In this document: piece by piece, positions 52,064-64,000 of the stretch
Layout of the letters: each line of letters opens with the position of its first letter
How positions within the stretch are numbered: the first letter of the stretch is position 1
Source of the DNA: Octopus sinensis
Taxonomy: Eukaryota
Direction of reading: 5' to 3'
Length of the DNA stretch: 64,000 nt
Assembly: GCF_006345805.1 (NCBI RefSeq)
Contig: NC_043006.1
Location: forward strand, 48,794,001 to 48,858,000
Position numbers and translations under genes: made by a program
Notes under the pieces: generated by a model
What the model saw: the letters and a program-made list of their open reading frames with translations, nothing else
The model's database searches: none
Told to the model about the DNA's origin: nothing

Positions 52064-52279
52064 ACTATATACACCAAGAATTAGCTCATCATCACACTTC
52101 ACATTTCAGTCTCTCTTGCTTGATGTTCTTTCAATTACATAATTGATTCGTTATTAAAATAAATTGATAGCTTTGTAAAATTCATATTCATATTTCTGTT
52201 TTAAAAATAATTAATTTTTTCTGTTATTTTTTCCAATTTATTAATTTTTTTTATTTTCATTTTCATTTCTTTCTTCTAG

Positions 52280-52378
52280 AAATCTTTAAGTACCGAGGAA
52301 TTAACAGCAGAGATGGCAAATTTGGAGGGCCTGATGAAAGATTTAAATGCCATAACCCAACAGGAATTCGAATGCTGA
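52280..52378 (+). CDS. fra: Terminal coding exon of frazzled/DCC/neogenin with the P3 motif: KSLSTEELTAEMANLEGLMKDLNAITQQEFEC*
   Basis: Acceptor tttcatttctttcttctag, phase 0. EMANLEGLMKDLNAIT is the family P3 signature and the EFEC* end matches invertebrate Frazzled. Confidence 0.95.
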   Translation, partial: KSLSTEELTAEMANLEGLMKDLNAITQQEFEC

Positions 52379-53178
52379 ACTCTTCATTAGGCCTGACACA
52401 TCCTTCATGCGGACATTCTGATGGGGACTAAACCCTCACATTGCCCTAAGCTCTGCCAGTCACTGTTCAGGACAAACGACCCAACTGGCTAATTGCAGTC
52501 TTTCTTTCCTCATCTGTACATAAAGTCGGCTAGCTATCCCGCTCCACCACCACCACCACCACTCTGTCATTGTCACCTCTTATTCTATCACCCTTTCTTT
52601 TCCTCTCTCTCTCTCTCTTCCTTCCTCCCCCCTCTTCCTCATTGCTGTCAATTAGCCAGATACTCAACAGAGCTGTGGGCTGGGCTGAGCATGTCCTTCA
52701 AATTTATCTCCACCAAAAAGTTTTCAAAGACGGTTGGAGAAAAATTCAGGTGCGGACTTGAAGAAGTCATCTTTCTTTCTTTCCTTTCCTTCTCTCGCTC
52801 TCTCTCTCCTCACCTCTTTCATTCCCGCTCTTTCTATCAACCCCATCTTCCCCCCCCTCTCTCTCTCTCTCTCTCTCTGTTCTTTGTCATCTTTTTATTT
52901 AAGAAAATGAAAATAAAGAGAAATATCGAAGATTTCAAAGAAAGGAAGAAGAAGAAGAAGAAGAAAAAAGGAACAAAAACCTGTTGACTGTTTAAATTTT
53001 AAACAAATATCACACATACACACATGTGCTGACATGCCCTTTTATACACAGAGTATGTGCCTGTGTTGTGTGCATGTATATGTGTGTGTGTGTATGTATG
53101 TATATATATATGTATATATATGTATGTATATATATATGTATATATATGTATGTATATATATACACATATACATGTATT

Positions 53179-53222
<44 letters not shown>

Positions 53223-54200
53223 TATATATATATATATATATACTCACAAACACATACATACATACTTATACACATACGCTTAACTGTGTGTGTGTGTGTA
53301 TATAAAATCTTTTGTGAATTGGAAATTTCAGTGTGCTGGAAATTTTTTTGTGGACGTGAAAGCCCTAAGACTAAACATTTAAAAGAAGAAAAAAAATAAT
53401 AAAATACAAGGTTCTTTTTTTTTTTTTTCTTAGACTGGGCAAATATGATGCTGTAATTAACACTAATGAGCTCAACTTCTTTGTTTCACACCCATACATA
53501 CACACACACACATACATACATACAAATACACAGTTGTGAAGTAAAGAGAGAACAAAAGTGACTCTTATGCAATATGCCTCTTTACAATTAATTTTAATTC
53601 TTCATTTTTTTTTTTTAAATAACTTCCATAAACAGTATTTCTTCAACTCCTGTGTGTTTCGTTTTTTGCTTTTTATTTTTTATTTAATTTTTTTTTTTTC
53701 ATCAAGTCATTCAAACCTTATTTTAGTCCTTTCTGTATTTCTACACCCACCTCTCCACCCCTCCTTTTTTTTTATATATATATATCTTTTCCAAATATTG
53801 AATGTCTGAAAAGAAAATGCGTTTGTTTGTGAATACATCTTAGTTAGTTTACGACCACATAAACATCACGACATAGCTTAACATGACTCTTTTAATTCAT
53901 TAATGTGTCTTCATGATTCTCATTCATATTAAAATCAGTGAATTGTGAATCCCTCACCATCTTTTCCCACCTCTTCCTCCAGTCGTACTCCCCCTCAACC
54001 AAATACACAAATCCATATGTAATTAACAACATACTTTCAGCTTTATTTTAATACCATATTCTTGTGGTTTCTAATATAAAAAGACAAACAAATAATTTTG
54101 AAATAATTTCTAAACTGGGACTGGTTCTAAGAAAAGGTCAAAAATATTGTATGTGTGTATGTGAGGTGCAGTTTATTATGTAACTATATATATGTGTATA

Positions 54201-54232
<32 letters not shown>

Positions 54233-54800
54233 AAATCTTAGTGTTGCCGATCCCTGTTATGTATTCATAGAACTTACAATATCTTCTTTTTCTCCCAGTT
54301 CTACACCAGGGGTTTCACCTGATTTCATATCTCCCTTCTATTCTCCTATCTTCCTTTCCATTGTCTACCTGCTGTCATAACTGTGTGAGATCTATTTTAT
54401 CACATTATCTATCTAAATTTTCATTACAAAAAAAATTCTTCTATTTTTTCAACACCAAATCTTGCTCTGTTGGTCTACCATAAATTTCTTTATGCTACCT
54501 TCAGTTTCTCCATCAAAGTTTTTTTTTTTTTTTGTAACATTTATTTTATGGTAAGATTTATCAGTACTTGTCACCCAGCTAACTCCATTGACTTCTTCAT
54601 TAAACTACCCTGTGAAACCTCTTATTTTGTATCTAAAAAAAATTCTTTTTAAAGCAGGGGCATTTAACTGTAGTTGGTGTCTCACACACAAACATTTGCA
54701 CACATATACCTGAAAATACTTTAAGACAATTTCGAAACCAAGAAAATATGAAACCAAAAATAACAATAATAAATATATACATAAATAAAATACAAAAACT
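52379..54800 (+). other. Probable 3' UTR of the netrin receptor gene; true end unknown
   Basis: Follows the TGA. Several AATAAA hexamers (about 52912, 53397, 54783) and U-rich tracts. The end coordinate is approximate. Confidence 0.35.
53000..53300. repeat. (TA)/(TG)/(CA) microsatellite complex in the putative 3' UTR
   Basis: Direct reading. Confidence 0.95.
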
Positions 54801-55594
54801 GACAGAAAGGATGATATGATCATTTCAAGACATTTTGGATGTTTCTTTAGGGAACATTTGGAATCTTGAGATTCCAGTTTAAACCAAAATTCTTCATTAT
54901 TATTTTGTTTTTTGTTTTTGTTTTTTTATATATTTATAAGGGGGTGATGCTGCTTTTGTATTCCTTCCATTTTAACCCTAAATTAAATTAAATTAAAATT
55001 CTTCCTTCATAATAGAACCTCCTTACATTTAATTTAAAAATTTTGTACATGTATAACACATTTCATTCTGTTCTAGAAGTTCTAAAAAAATTTTAACTGT
55101 CCTCACTATAATGGCAACATAAATATACGGACAATGGAATCTTCTGGATATTGTTTTGTTTCATCCAATTCATCATCCTTTCATTATTTTTATTTTATTT
55201 CTTGAACAACTTTAAGTAATGAACAAAAAAAAATAACAAATAACATCATTTTGGAAACAAGGTCAAAGTAATTCTTTTGTATAAAACAATTTTTCAATCT
55301 TGATTCAGCTAATCCTTTGAACTATGAAAAAATATTTATGACATAAAGAACAAGAGTTATGAAATTAAAATTTTTGCTGATTTTTTTTTAATATTCTTTA
55401 TTTTTATTTTATTTCATCTTTAATTTTACTTTCGTGTGTGCGCGCATGAGTAGTATTTTCCTATTATTTACCATTTAGTTGCTATAATTGAAAAATCTTC
55501 TATATATGATTTAATTGGAATTGCACAGAAACCGATATTTCATTGAAAAAAAAAAAAACTGGAAAAAATTAAAATGATAAAATAGGAGAAATAA

Positions 55595-55823
55595 TTAACC
55601 CTTTACCTATCCAAAGCATTTCCATAAATTTCTCCTAAACATCCATACTTGTTTTCAGACTTTTAGTTAGTATGTTCCCAGTAATATACAGCTTTCCTCT
55701 CATAAATCATAATTTACTCCTGGTGGTTGAAAAAAATTGGGAATGTGTATCATATGTTATGCATGGATGCCAGGCAAATATGTCCTGTGTATCACATGAT
55801 GTACAGAGTAGGTAAAGGGTTAA
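55595..55823. mobile_element. piggyBac-like MITE, distinct family
   Basis: Perfect TTAA-CCCTTTACCTA / TAGGTAAAGGG-TTAA termini. Confidence 0.7.
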
Positions 55824-58791
55824 GCTAAATGAATATTACAGACCACAAGTAACTAAAAATGTATAGTATTTTGAGGTACTCTAGCACTAGCTTGATCAAT
55901 AATGGTACCAAACTCTGATATAGCTATTGTGTTGTGAACATAAGCAAATATTACACTTCTTAGCTCAGTTGCTTCTGCAGGAATGGTAAATATTACATGG
56001 TGCTCCTTAAAGTGAAATAGTGGCTATAAGAAAAAGTAGACAGATGGAAAATACTTGCTTTGGCAACTTGCATTAATGTCTAAACATGCTAAAGCCATCT
56101 AAGTCATGCTTCCTTGAAAAACTTTCTCTTTCTTTAAAATCTATAATTTGTATTAACCAACTCTCTGACGAGGATGATGACAACATGATGATAATATTAT
56201 CATTATGGTTTGTATTGTGTTACAGCTGGCATGTTTTTAGATTAAGAGCATTGTCACTACTTACCTAAAGCTGCTTATGTAGAAATCAGGTACCAATCTT
56301 ATTTATCCAGAGAAGTTTGTCTCTTGTCAGGTAACACCATATATTTGATGATGATTTAAGATTTAACTGGAATAGATATGAATAGTTTTATCCTGATCTT
56401 CCCAGAGAGATAAATGGGCTGGAATATTCTACTACGATAGAGAACCAAGCAAGAAATTGATTGCAAAATAATTAACCTGTAATACAGAAATACCTCATAT
56501 CATTATCTCTCAAGAGAAGTTTTAAGTTGATCTAATTGATCCCTAATGAAATGAGAGTTAACAATGTCTCCAAGACATTTATTAAACATGCCTTAAACAG
56601 TTTGAATCTCTGCCATTGTAACTGCCACAAAAGAACAACTAGTTATGATGCTAGCAATAGAACCTTACTGATTGCCTTTAGCAAGCATGTTTCTCATCGA
56701 CATTTTCCTATTTTTCAGTGTGTGTATGTTTGTATGTATGTATTTCTGTTCCAGTCTGCTGTTTTCTTTTTAAAGTTTTATCCACACCACACCACATCTT
56801 TCAATACACACAAACACACTTGTTTCATTGAAAACCTCCCACAAACATATTCACCACAGACACACACACACTCACACATGCTCATATAATATACTACTTC
56901 ACATGAACACCACACAAACTATTCATTATACATTACACAACCAGAGCTGAATACTGCCATCTAATTACCAAGCAAAATTAATAGTCATTAACAGTAGATG
57001 TAGGTTTGATTCTTCTCATTTTAATAGTTTCTAATGGGTTTTTTAAAAAATATTTTTGTTACTCATAAAACTTTCAGAAAATGTTTTCTTTATCTTATTT
57101 TTAAATTTTAAATTCAACCTATATTATGTAGTTAGCAAGTAATTTTAATATTGACTGATGCAGGTTTCCGTCTGTTTGAACCTAACTGTGATTAACGTGG
57201 CAGCATTATTTAATACCACTCAATTTCATAAGTGGTTGGCATCTCTTAACTGAGGCCAACTAAACTGCAGTTGCGTTGCATAAAGTTGAATTTTTGTATT
57301 AAAGAAATCATTCAAACTTACAGACACATTCATGTTGGATAAGAGAGTAATAAAATCTTGTCACAAGGTTTTGGAGAAACAGTTGACATTGGTTAATAGG
57401 GTTTTTGTCCGAATTTGTAAATCTAACACTGACATTGTGTAGCGTTTCGTGAAGTACATTACCAAAATATTTTCAGATGAAAATAATATCACAGACACTT
57501 CACAGGTTGTGTAGTTAGCAGCGAGGTGAATATGTATTTATTTAGTTAACCATTTCATATCTACTCAATCCTCATTAGTTGACAGATTGCAGACCAGATT
57601 TTGTGTTGTTTATCACAGGAACATCGCAAACTTGCAGATATTAATGACAGGGTGATGTAGAATAATAATAGTGGTTGCTCTATGGTGTCTGTCGTGTGTT
57701 CAAAGAGGTCATACAAAACATGTAGATTTATTAGGCTCCAGTTCAGATTATAACTATTTTTATTTAAGCCACTGTAAAGATTTATGGAGGTTTTTCTTCT
57801 GTTTTGTCGAATAGATGATGTATGTAACCCTATCAGCAAATTGTATTTATGAAACCTGATGTTAAGAAGTAATCATTGTCATCAAAGCAGGGTATGGGGG
57901 GGGGGGAAATTGGTTTAGGGACAAACAAAAATGCCATGTGGTATTTAGTTAGATCCCTTTCTGTTCTGGTTTCAAATTTTGCCAGAGTTGCCTTTGCTTT
58001 TTCTCATCCTGGGAATCAATAAAAACAAATATATCTATCTTCATTTATCACAGGAATTTTGTTCCAAAAAAATCACATTGATAAATGAGTCATCTCCATG
58101 CCCTTTGTAAATGGAATGAATGGTAGATTCATTGACACCAAACTCATGGCCCACAGCAGAGAAGCTTCCACCTTCATATATTTTCTTCATCATCTCTACT
58201 TTTTCCTGTAGAGAATGCACTCATCTGTGTTGTTTGTAAGGATCAGATGCCTTCATATTTTTTTTCCCTGTTCACTAATCTCATATTGATTGGAATGAGT
58301 ACATAAATCCAAATAAAAAAAAATAATACTCTGCTTCACAGCATGACCATGTAAACATAAGCGATAGTGCATTCTGGGTAACTAGTCATTGTGGGCGGAT
58401 GCCAGAGCTTGCTACTGCAGTACAAACAGTATTTTCAACAGATCACTGACCTGTGTTATCACGTATCAATCCATGATAAGCGTAATGCGGTTCACAATTG
58501 AGCCGACTGTGCTACCCTGGATCAGTGATGAATAAATTGATGACACTTGAGGTTACATGTACTGGTATTTATTTAATCAACGACACCCCGCCCCCTAAAA
58601 GCATGTGGTGTTGTATTTAAGTTAGAAATTGTTATCACTATTATTATTATTGTTGATTGGTCCCCAGTCATGTGGCTAAGTGGTTAAGGTGCTAAATTGT
58701 CCATTTATCATAGCTTTAAAACCATCTCCCAGACAAATTGTACTGCAATGTGTGTATGTGCATATACGTATGTTTGTGTGCATGTATATAT

Positions 58792-58824
<33 letters not shown>

Positions 58825-59180
58825 TAAACATGCATGTATGTGTGTGTGTGTGTGCACATGTGTATGTGTATATATGTATGTATAATAAATAAAAGCATTA
58901 CTAGAATAAAGCCTGAACGAGCTGTAGAATTATGCAGGCATAGAAATACTGAAAAATCGACTAGACTGAGCTGAGAGAAACAATTGAAATAAGCCAATGA
59001 CATGGATTGTGATGAATGAAGTATGTATGGATATATCAAATGATATTTAAAATTTTCCTCTTACTTGGAGAAAGAAAACAAATGCCTAGTGGTATTCATT
59101 CATTAGCAAGTCCCAAAGTGAGTGACTGCTAAGAGTGGGAGATAATTTCATTGAAATCAGAAATAAAAAGATTTTCATGC

Positions 59181-59389
59181 TTAACTCTTAAGCATTTATT
59201 TAGACTGGATATATCAGACCAAATATTCTAACTGTTCTATGTTGAAACTGGCCAACCTCTCACACAGACTACAATGTCATTCTAAAAATAAACAATCATA
59301 TCATTGAAACGTCAATGCCTCAAGATAATGCATGCTTAATTCAAAACGATGTTAATAAATTATTTTGCATCTGACTGCTAAAGGATTAA
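59181..59389. mobile_element. piggyBac-like MITE, family H; a second inverted copy lies at about 59725-59930
   Basis: TTAACTCTTAAGCATTT...GCTAAAGGATTAA with the family internal sequence. Confidence 0.6.
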
Positions 59390-60884
59390 GAGAAAAATTT
59401 GATCTTTGTAAGCAAGAACAATGGCTGTTTCAGTGTTATTGACTCTCTTCAGCCAAGCTTAAATAACGTTGGATACACTTGATCAATAAATAAAGGTTTA
59501 GTTAGTTTTTTTACATGTAGAAAAAAGGATTACAAAGAATTTTTTACGTAAACACTAAATTTGTGTCATAACCTTATTTTTTTTTTACTTTTATATGTAA
59601 AAATATCTGATGTTTATTGATCAAGCATGTCAGTTGTCTATGCTTCACTGACAAGGTGCTATAACAATGCAGTTTGGTTGTTATTACCATTTCCAGTAAC
59701 AAAATGTCAAAGATTTTTCTCTTAGTACATGCATTCAGATTCTGTAAAATGTAAGGTTTGAATTAATTATGCATTATCTCATAGCTCTGAGATTCTGATG
59801 GTGTGTTTGTTTTATTTTTAGAATGACATTGTAGGGTAGGTGTAAGAGACTGGATCTGACCAGTTTGAACATAAAACAGCTAGAAAATTTTGGCTTGATA
59901 TTATAGCTGGATTAAATGCTACAGGATTAAGCATGAGAATTGATTTTTTTTTTTTTTATTATTCAGTTCTTAATTTATTGAAGTTATCTTCCCTTGCCCT
60001 TGTGTGTCACTAACAAATTTTGGTAGTTTTTGTTTTCATTCTCCAATTAAGAAACAAATTTTAAATCATTGAGAATGTTTGGGTGTATTTCATTTAGTAA
60101 ATATATACATGATACCTAGGAAAATTGATATTTGCTATTAAATCACACCAGGCTGTTATTGATTTCTTTTTATATTCCTCTCCCCACTCCTCTGTATTTT
60201 AATTGGATATCTATTATGTCTTGTTCTTTGAAATTTTTTTTTATGAAATAATAAAATAGTAGAATGATGTTTCAGTTATGACAGTTTGTAAAACTAGTAT
60301 TAATAAATATATTCCCTTCTATCCCCTCCAACATTATCCTTGTCCCCTTCTTTCATACCAGACCAAATCCTGAAACTTTGCAATGAGATATGTTTTAAAT
60401 CTTCCTTTCTTTTATTTTTAATTCATTTTATCTTTATTTATTTAGTTACGTTTTTTGCATCAGTTTTCTCAAATTAGACTTTTGGTTTTTCTCTGATTAG
60501 TTCCTATTTTAAGAATGGATTGTGCCAAAAAAAAAATATACAAAAAAGGAAAGAAAAAATTGTTCACTTTTGTTTCTCTCTCTCATCAATTGTTAAAAAA
60601 AACCCCAAAAACTTGTAATATTGAATGATTTTTGTTAAAAGGGATGGGGGGAAAATGAAAGTATTGTGCAAACTAACAATGTACATACCTACATTTATTC
60701 ATGCATATAATGTGTATGTGTGTGTATATATACACATTCATATTTATATATACTACATGTTGAGGAATATATATATATATATATATATATACTATACTGC
60801 TTCACTGAGAGGTAAATCAGTGGGACAGGATAAATAACTCACCAGGTTTCCTGTTGGATTATATGTCAGTCCTTTTACATACAG

Positions 60885-61007
60885 TTTGAAGGTTTGAAGC
60901 CCGGGAAATATGAATGCCTACTGGAGAAAGGCAGTCACAAGTGGAGTAGGGATCTCGAGAAACAGCATGCTGTTATAAGAAAAAAAAATCCTTACGAAAA
61001 ATTATAA
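60885..61007 (+). CDS. Candidate orphan terminal exon FEGLKPGKYECLLEKGSHKWSRDLEKQHAVIRKKNPYEKL*
   Basis: Acceptor ccttttacatacag, then 40 open codons with protein-like composition in a locally GC-richer island. Family not recognised. Confidence 0.35.
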   Translation, partial: FEGLKPGKYECLLEKGSHKWSRDLEKQHAVIRKKNPYEKL

Positions 61008-61432
61008 ATGAAAATTAAAAAAAAAACAAACAAACAAAAGGAAAAGGTTGTAAGAAACAGTTATGAAATCTGAACAGACTATACGTATCTGTAATTGATA
61101 TATGTATATATGTTTATATCAATAATTGATCTAAAACTGATTCTTGATTTCACTCAGTCATACATTATCCAAAAGAAAAAAAAAAGCTCAGAATTTCACT
61201 GAACTTTGACACTCCCCCACCCCACAAGATCACAAAATCAGTCATCGACAACCTCAATTTGTGGAATAAAGAAAGAAAAAAAAATAATAAACTCTTCCAA
61301 GCAAAAACAAAACAAAAAAATAGAGATTTTTGAAATATATTAAAAAAAAAAAATTGATGTGACAATAAATTTTTACAATAACTATTTGTTCCTTGTAATA
61401 TTTATTTTCGAAATTTAAAACATTTGTGTATA

Positions 61433-61760
61433 TAGGAGTAAGAGTGGCTGTGTGGTAAGTAGCATGCTTACCAACCACATGGTTCCGGGTTCAGTCCCAC
61501 TGTGTGGCACCTTGGGCAAGTATCTTCTTCTATAGCCTGAAAGAAGCCCATCGTATATATGTATGTATGTGTGTTTGTTCCCCCAACATCGCTTGACAAC
61601 CAATGCTGGTGTGTTTACATCCCTGTAACTCAGCGGTTCAGCAAAAAAGACCGATAGAAAAGTACTAGGCTTCCAAAGAATAAGTCCTGGGGTTGATTTG
61701 CTCAACTAAAGAAGGTGCTCCAGCATGGCTACAATCAAATGACAAACAAGTAAAAGAGTA
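61433..61760 (+). mobile_element. tRNA-derived SINE family A with internal deletion
   Basis: Head gagtggctgtgtggtaagtagc, tail ggtgctccagcatggctacaatcaaatgac. Confidence 0.85.
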
Positions 61761-61967
61761 TATAAATATGTGTGTAGGATTCTATAACCTCCAGGTAACT
61801 CTGATCTTGCAAGTAAGTAGCTTAATACTAAATCCTTATTCCCCAGCACATCATCCCTCTGGAATATATTTCCTAGTCTTGTCTTTAGGTTGTAACCTAC
61901 ATTAATGGCTTTAAGCTCGGCTGTCTCAAAGGGCCTGCAAGGGCTATGGTCCTTTCTTCCTAATTCA

Positions 61968-62675
61968 CATAGTGTGGCTGTGTTGTTTAGAAGCCTGCCT
62001 TGCAACCCTGTGAGTTCAGGTTCAGTTCCACAGCACCTTGGACAAGTGTGTTCTACTATAGCCCCAGACTAACTGATACCTTCTAAGTGAGTCTGGTAGA
62101 TGGAGACTGTGTGGAAGCCTTATGTGTGCGTTTGTCATCCCAGCACTTCTTGACAAATGGTATTGGTTTGTTTATGCTCCTCTAACATAGCAGTTCAGCA
62201 AAAGAGACCGATAGAATGAGTACAAGACTTAAGAAAATAAGTGCTGGGCTCATTTTGTTTGGTTAAAAGCTTTAGTGTAGTGCCCCAGTTATGGTGAAGG
62301 TGCATGGCTCAGTGGTTAAAGCATCAAGCTTGAGATTGTGAGTTCGAATCCCGGACCGGGCTGCATGTTGTGTTCTTGAGGAAGACATTATTTCACGTTG
62401 CTCCAGTTCACTCGGCTGTAGAAATGAGTTGCAACGCCAAGCTGTATCGGCCTCTTTGCCTTTCCCGTGAATAACATCGGTGGCGTGAAGAGAGGGGAAG
62501 CTGGTATGCATGGGCGACTGCTGGTCTTCCATAAGAAACAACCTTGTCCAGACTTGTGCCTTGGAGGGTAACTTTCTAGGTGCAAACCCATGGTCAGTCA
62601 TGGCCGAGGAAGGGTCTCAGCATCAGTGCCTCAATATGGCTGCAGTTCAATGAGTGGAACAAGTAAATAAAAGAC
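61968..62675 (+). mobile_element. Old family A-like SINE with a second tRNA-headed SINE (family B, about 62295-62600) nested in its tail
   Basis: The inner element has tggctcagtgg (A box) and gagttcgaatcc (B box). The outer tail resumes at gtgcctcaatatggctgcagttcaatga. Confidence 0.65.
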
Positions 62676-62682
62676 AGTATCA

Positions 62683-63040
62683 TTTGTGTGGTAAGTAGCT
62701 TGCTTATCAACAACATGGTTCTAGATTCAGTCCCACTGTGTGGCACCTTGGGCAAGTGTCTTCTACTATAGCCTCGGGTTGACCAAAGCCTTTTGAGTGG
62801 ATTTGGTAGATGAAAGCTGAAAAGAGCCCGTTGTATATATATATATATGTGTGTGTTTGTCCCCCCAACATCGCTTGACAACCTATGCTGGTGTGTTTAC
62901 GTCCCCGTAACTTAGCGGTTCGGCAAAAGAAACCGATAGAATAAATACTAGGCTTACAAAGAATAAGTCCTGGGTTCGATTTCCTTGATTAAAGGTGGTG
63001 CTCCAGCATGGCTCAATCAAATGATTGAAACAAAAGAGAA
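62683..63040 (+). mobile_element. tRNA-derived SINE family A, slightly 5'-clipped
   Basis: Body and tail match the other family A copies. Confidence 0.85.
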
Positions 63041-63120
63041 AGAGAGAGTATGCATACGCATATATGAATGTATGGACGTACGTACGCATATATGAATGCA
63101 TGCAGGTATACATACATATT

Positions 63121-64000
63121 TCAAAGGGTGTTATACCTGCGGACTGGAGAACAGTGATAATCTGCCCAATTTTCAAGAAAGGGAGCCGCGAAGACCCGCT
63201 TAACTACCGACCGGTTTCCCTTACATCAATAATCAGCAAGATGTTCGAAACCATCCTTAAGAAAAGTATGAGGCTCCACCTCCAAAACACAGCCTCTATC
63301 TCTGATTCCCAACACGGCTTCGTGCCGAAGAGATCATGCTTGACCAACTTACTGGTAATGGAAGAATTGGTGACGCGCATCCTCGATGATAGTGATGCTG
63401 TTGACATCGTTTTATTGGACTTTGCCAAAGCTTTTGACTCGGTAAACCACCGCCTAGTACTTGTCAAGCTTCAAGCATATAGTTTCCAGCCGGATATTGT
63501 ACGATGGGTTGGTGCCTTCCTCTCAGGTCGCTCCTTCCAAGTCCAAGTTAATGGTTCGCGGTCCGACGTCTCCAGTGCGAGCAGTAGCGTGCCTCAAGGT
63601 TCAGTGCTTGGGCCCTTATTGTTCTTAGTCTTCATAAATGACTTGCCCGACGACCTCACGCAACACACCCTTCTATTTGCCGACGATGTCAAACTGGTTG
63701 CTCCTCGTGATGTTATAGAGGATCTTCGTCAATGCCTCCACCAAATTTGGAGGTGGTCTAACGAATGGGACCTGTGTCTGAACGTGTCAAAGTGCTGTCA
63801 TCTGCCTGTTGGCTCTCCTCCTGCAACTCGACTTGATTTCGAGCCGGATCGTCTGCTGCTGGAGAGGACCGATCAGGTAAAGGACCTGGGTATCTTGGTG
63901 GATTCATCCTTTTCGCCTTCGGCCCAGTGCGTCCATGCTGCCAACAAAGCATGCGGAATTCTGTTCTTGATTCGACGGTCATTCGGAATGCTCACAGCAG
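63121..64000 (+). mobile_element. 5'-truncated non-LTR retrotransposon (CR1/L2-like), reverse transcriptase ORF continuing past the window end
   Basis: 293 codons with no stop: IPADWRTVIICPIFKKG, NYRPVSLTS, QHGF, DFAKAFDSV, VPQGSVLGPLLF, LFADD, VKDLGILVD. CpG-rich. Confidence 0.95.

Noticed and set aside
52328-52345. CTGATGA hammerhead core in the P3 exon
   Set aside because: It simply encodes L-M-K; no stem II or GAAAC-NUH follows.
52493-52987. 164-aa ORF after the stop codon
   Set aside because: It runs through (CT)n and (AAG)n tracts of the putative 3' UTR. The TGA-ACT context is not a readthrough signal and an in-frame TAG follows three codons later.
58212-58377. Two micro-exon candidates (58212-58235, 24 nt; 58342-58377, 36 nt) leading to 60885
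   Set aside because: Splice sites are plausible, but the peptides are uninformative and such pairs occur by chance; no support without RNA data.

Overview
AT-rich, microsatellite- and SINE-dense eukaryotic DNA, most likely octopus or another cephalopod (inferred from repeat content, not verified). The window holds the 3' end of a plus-strand netrin-receptor gene (frazzled/DCC/neogenin). It is anchored by a terminal exon at 52280-52378 encoding the P3 motif (KSLSTEELTAEMANLEGLMKDLNAITQQEFEC*). Frame-compatible upstream exons lie at 23598-23746, 10162-10626 and probably 6696-6776, and the last intron is about 28.5 kb. The introns hold tRNA-derived SINEs, piggyBac-, hAT- and mariner-type MITEs, a young CR1/L2-type LINE running off the right edge, and small satellites. 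The most unusual signal is a set of unrelated foldback elements carrying Penelope-type minimal hammerhead-ribozyme-like cores (CUGANGA-stem-GAAAC-GUH). One encloses a tRNA-like Pol III cassette and another a pre-miRNA-sized hairpin. There are also candidate P3-less alternative last exons, a probable GC-AG intron and orphan exon-like segments. Exon models come from splice signals and translation by eye. Repeat family names are from recalled motifs; no searches were run.
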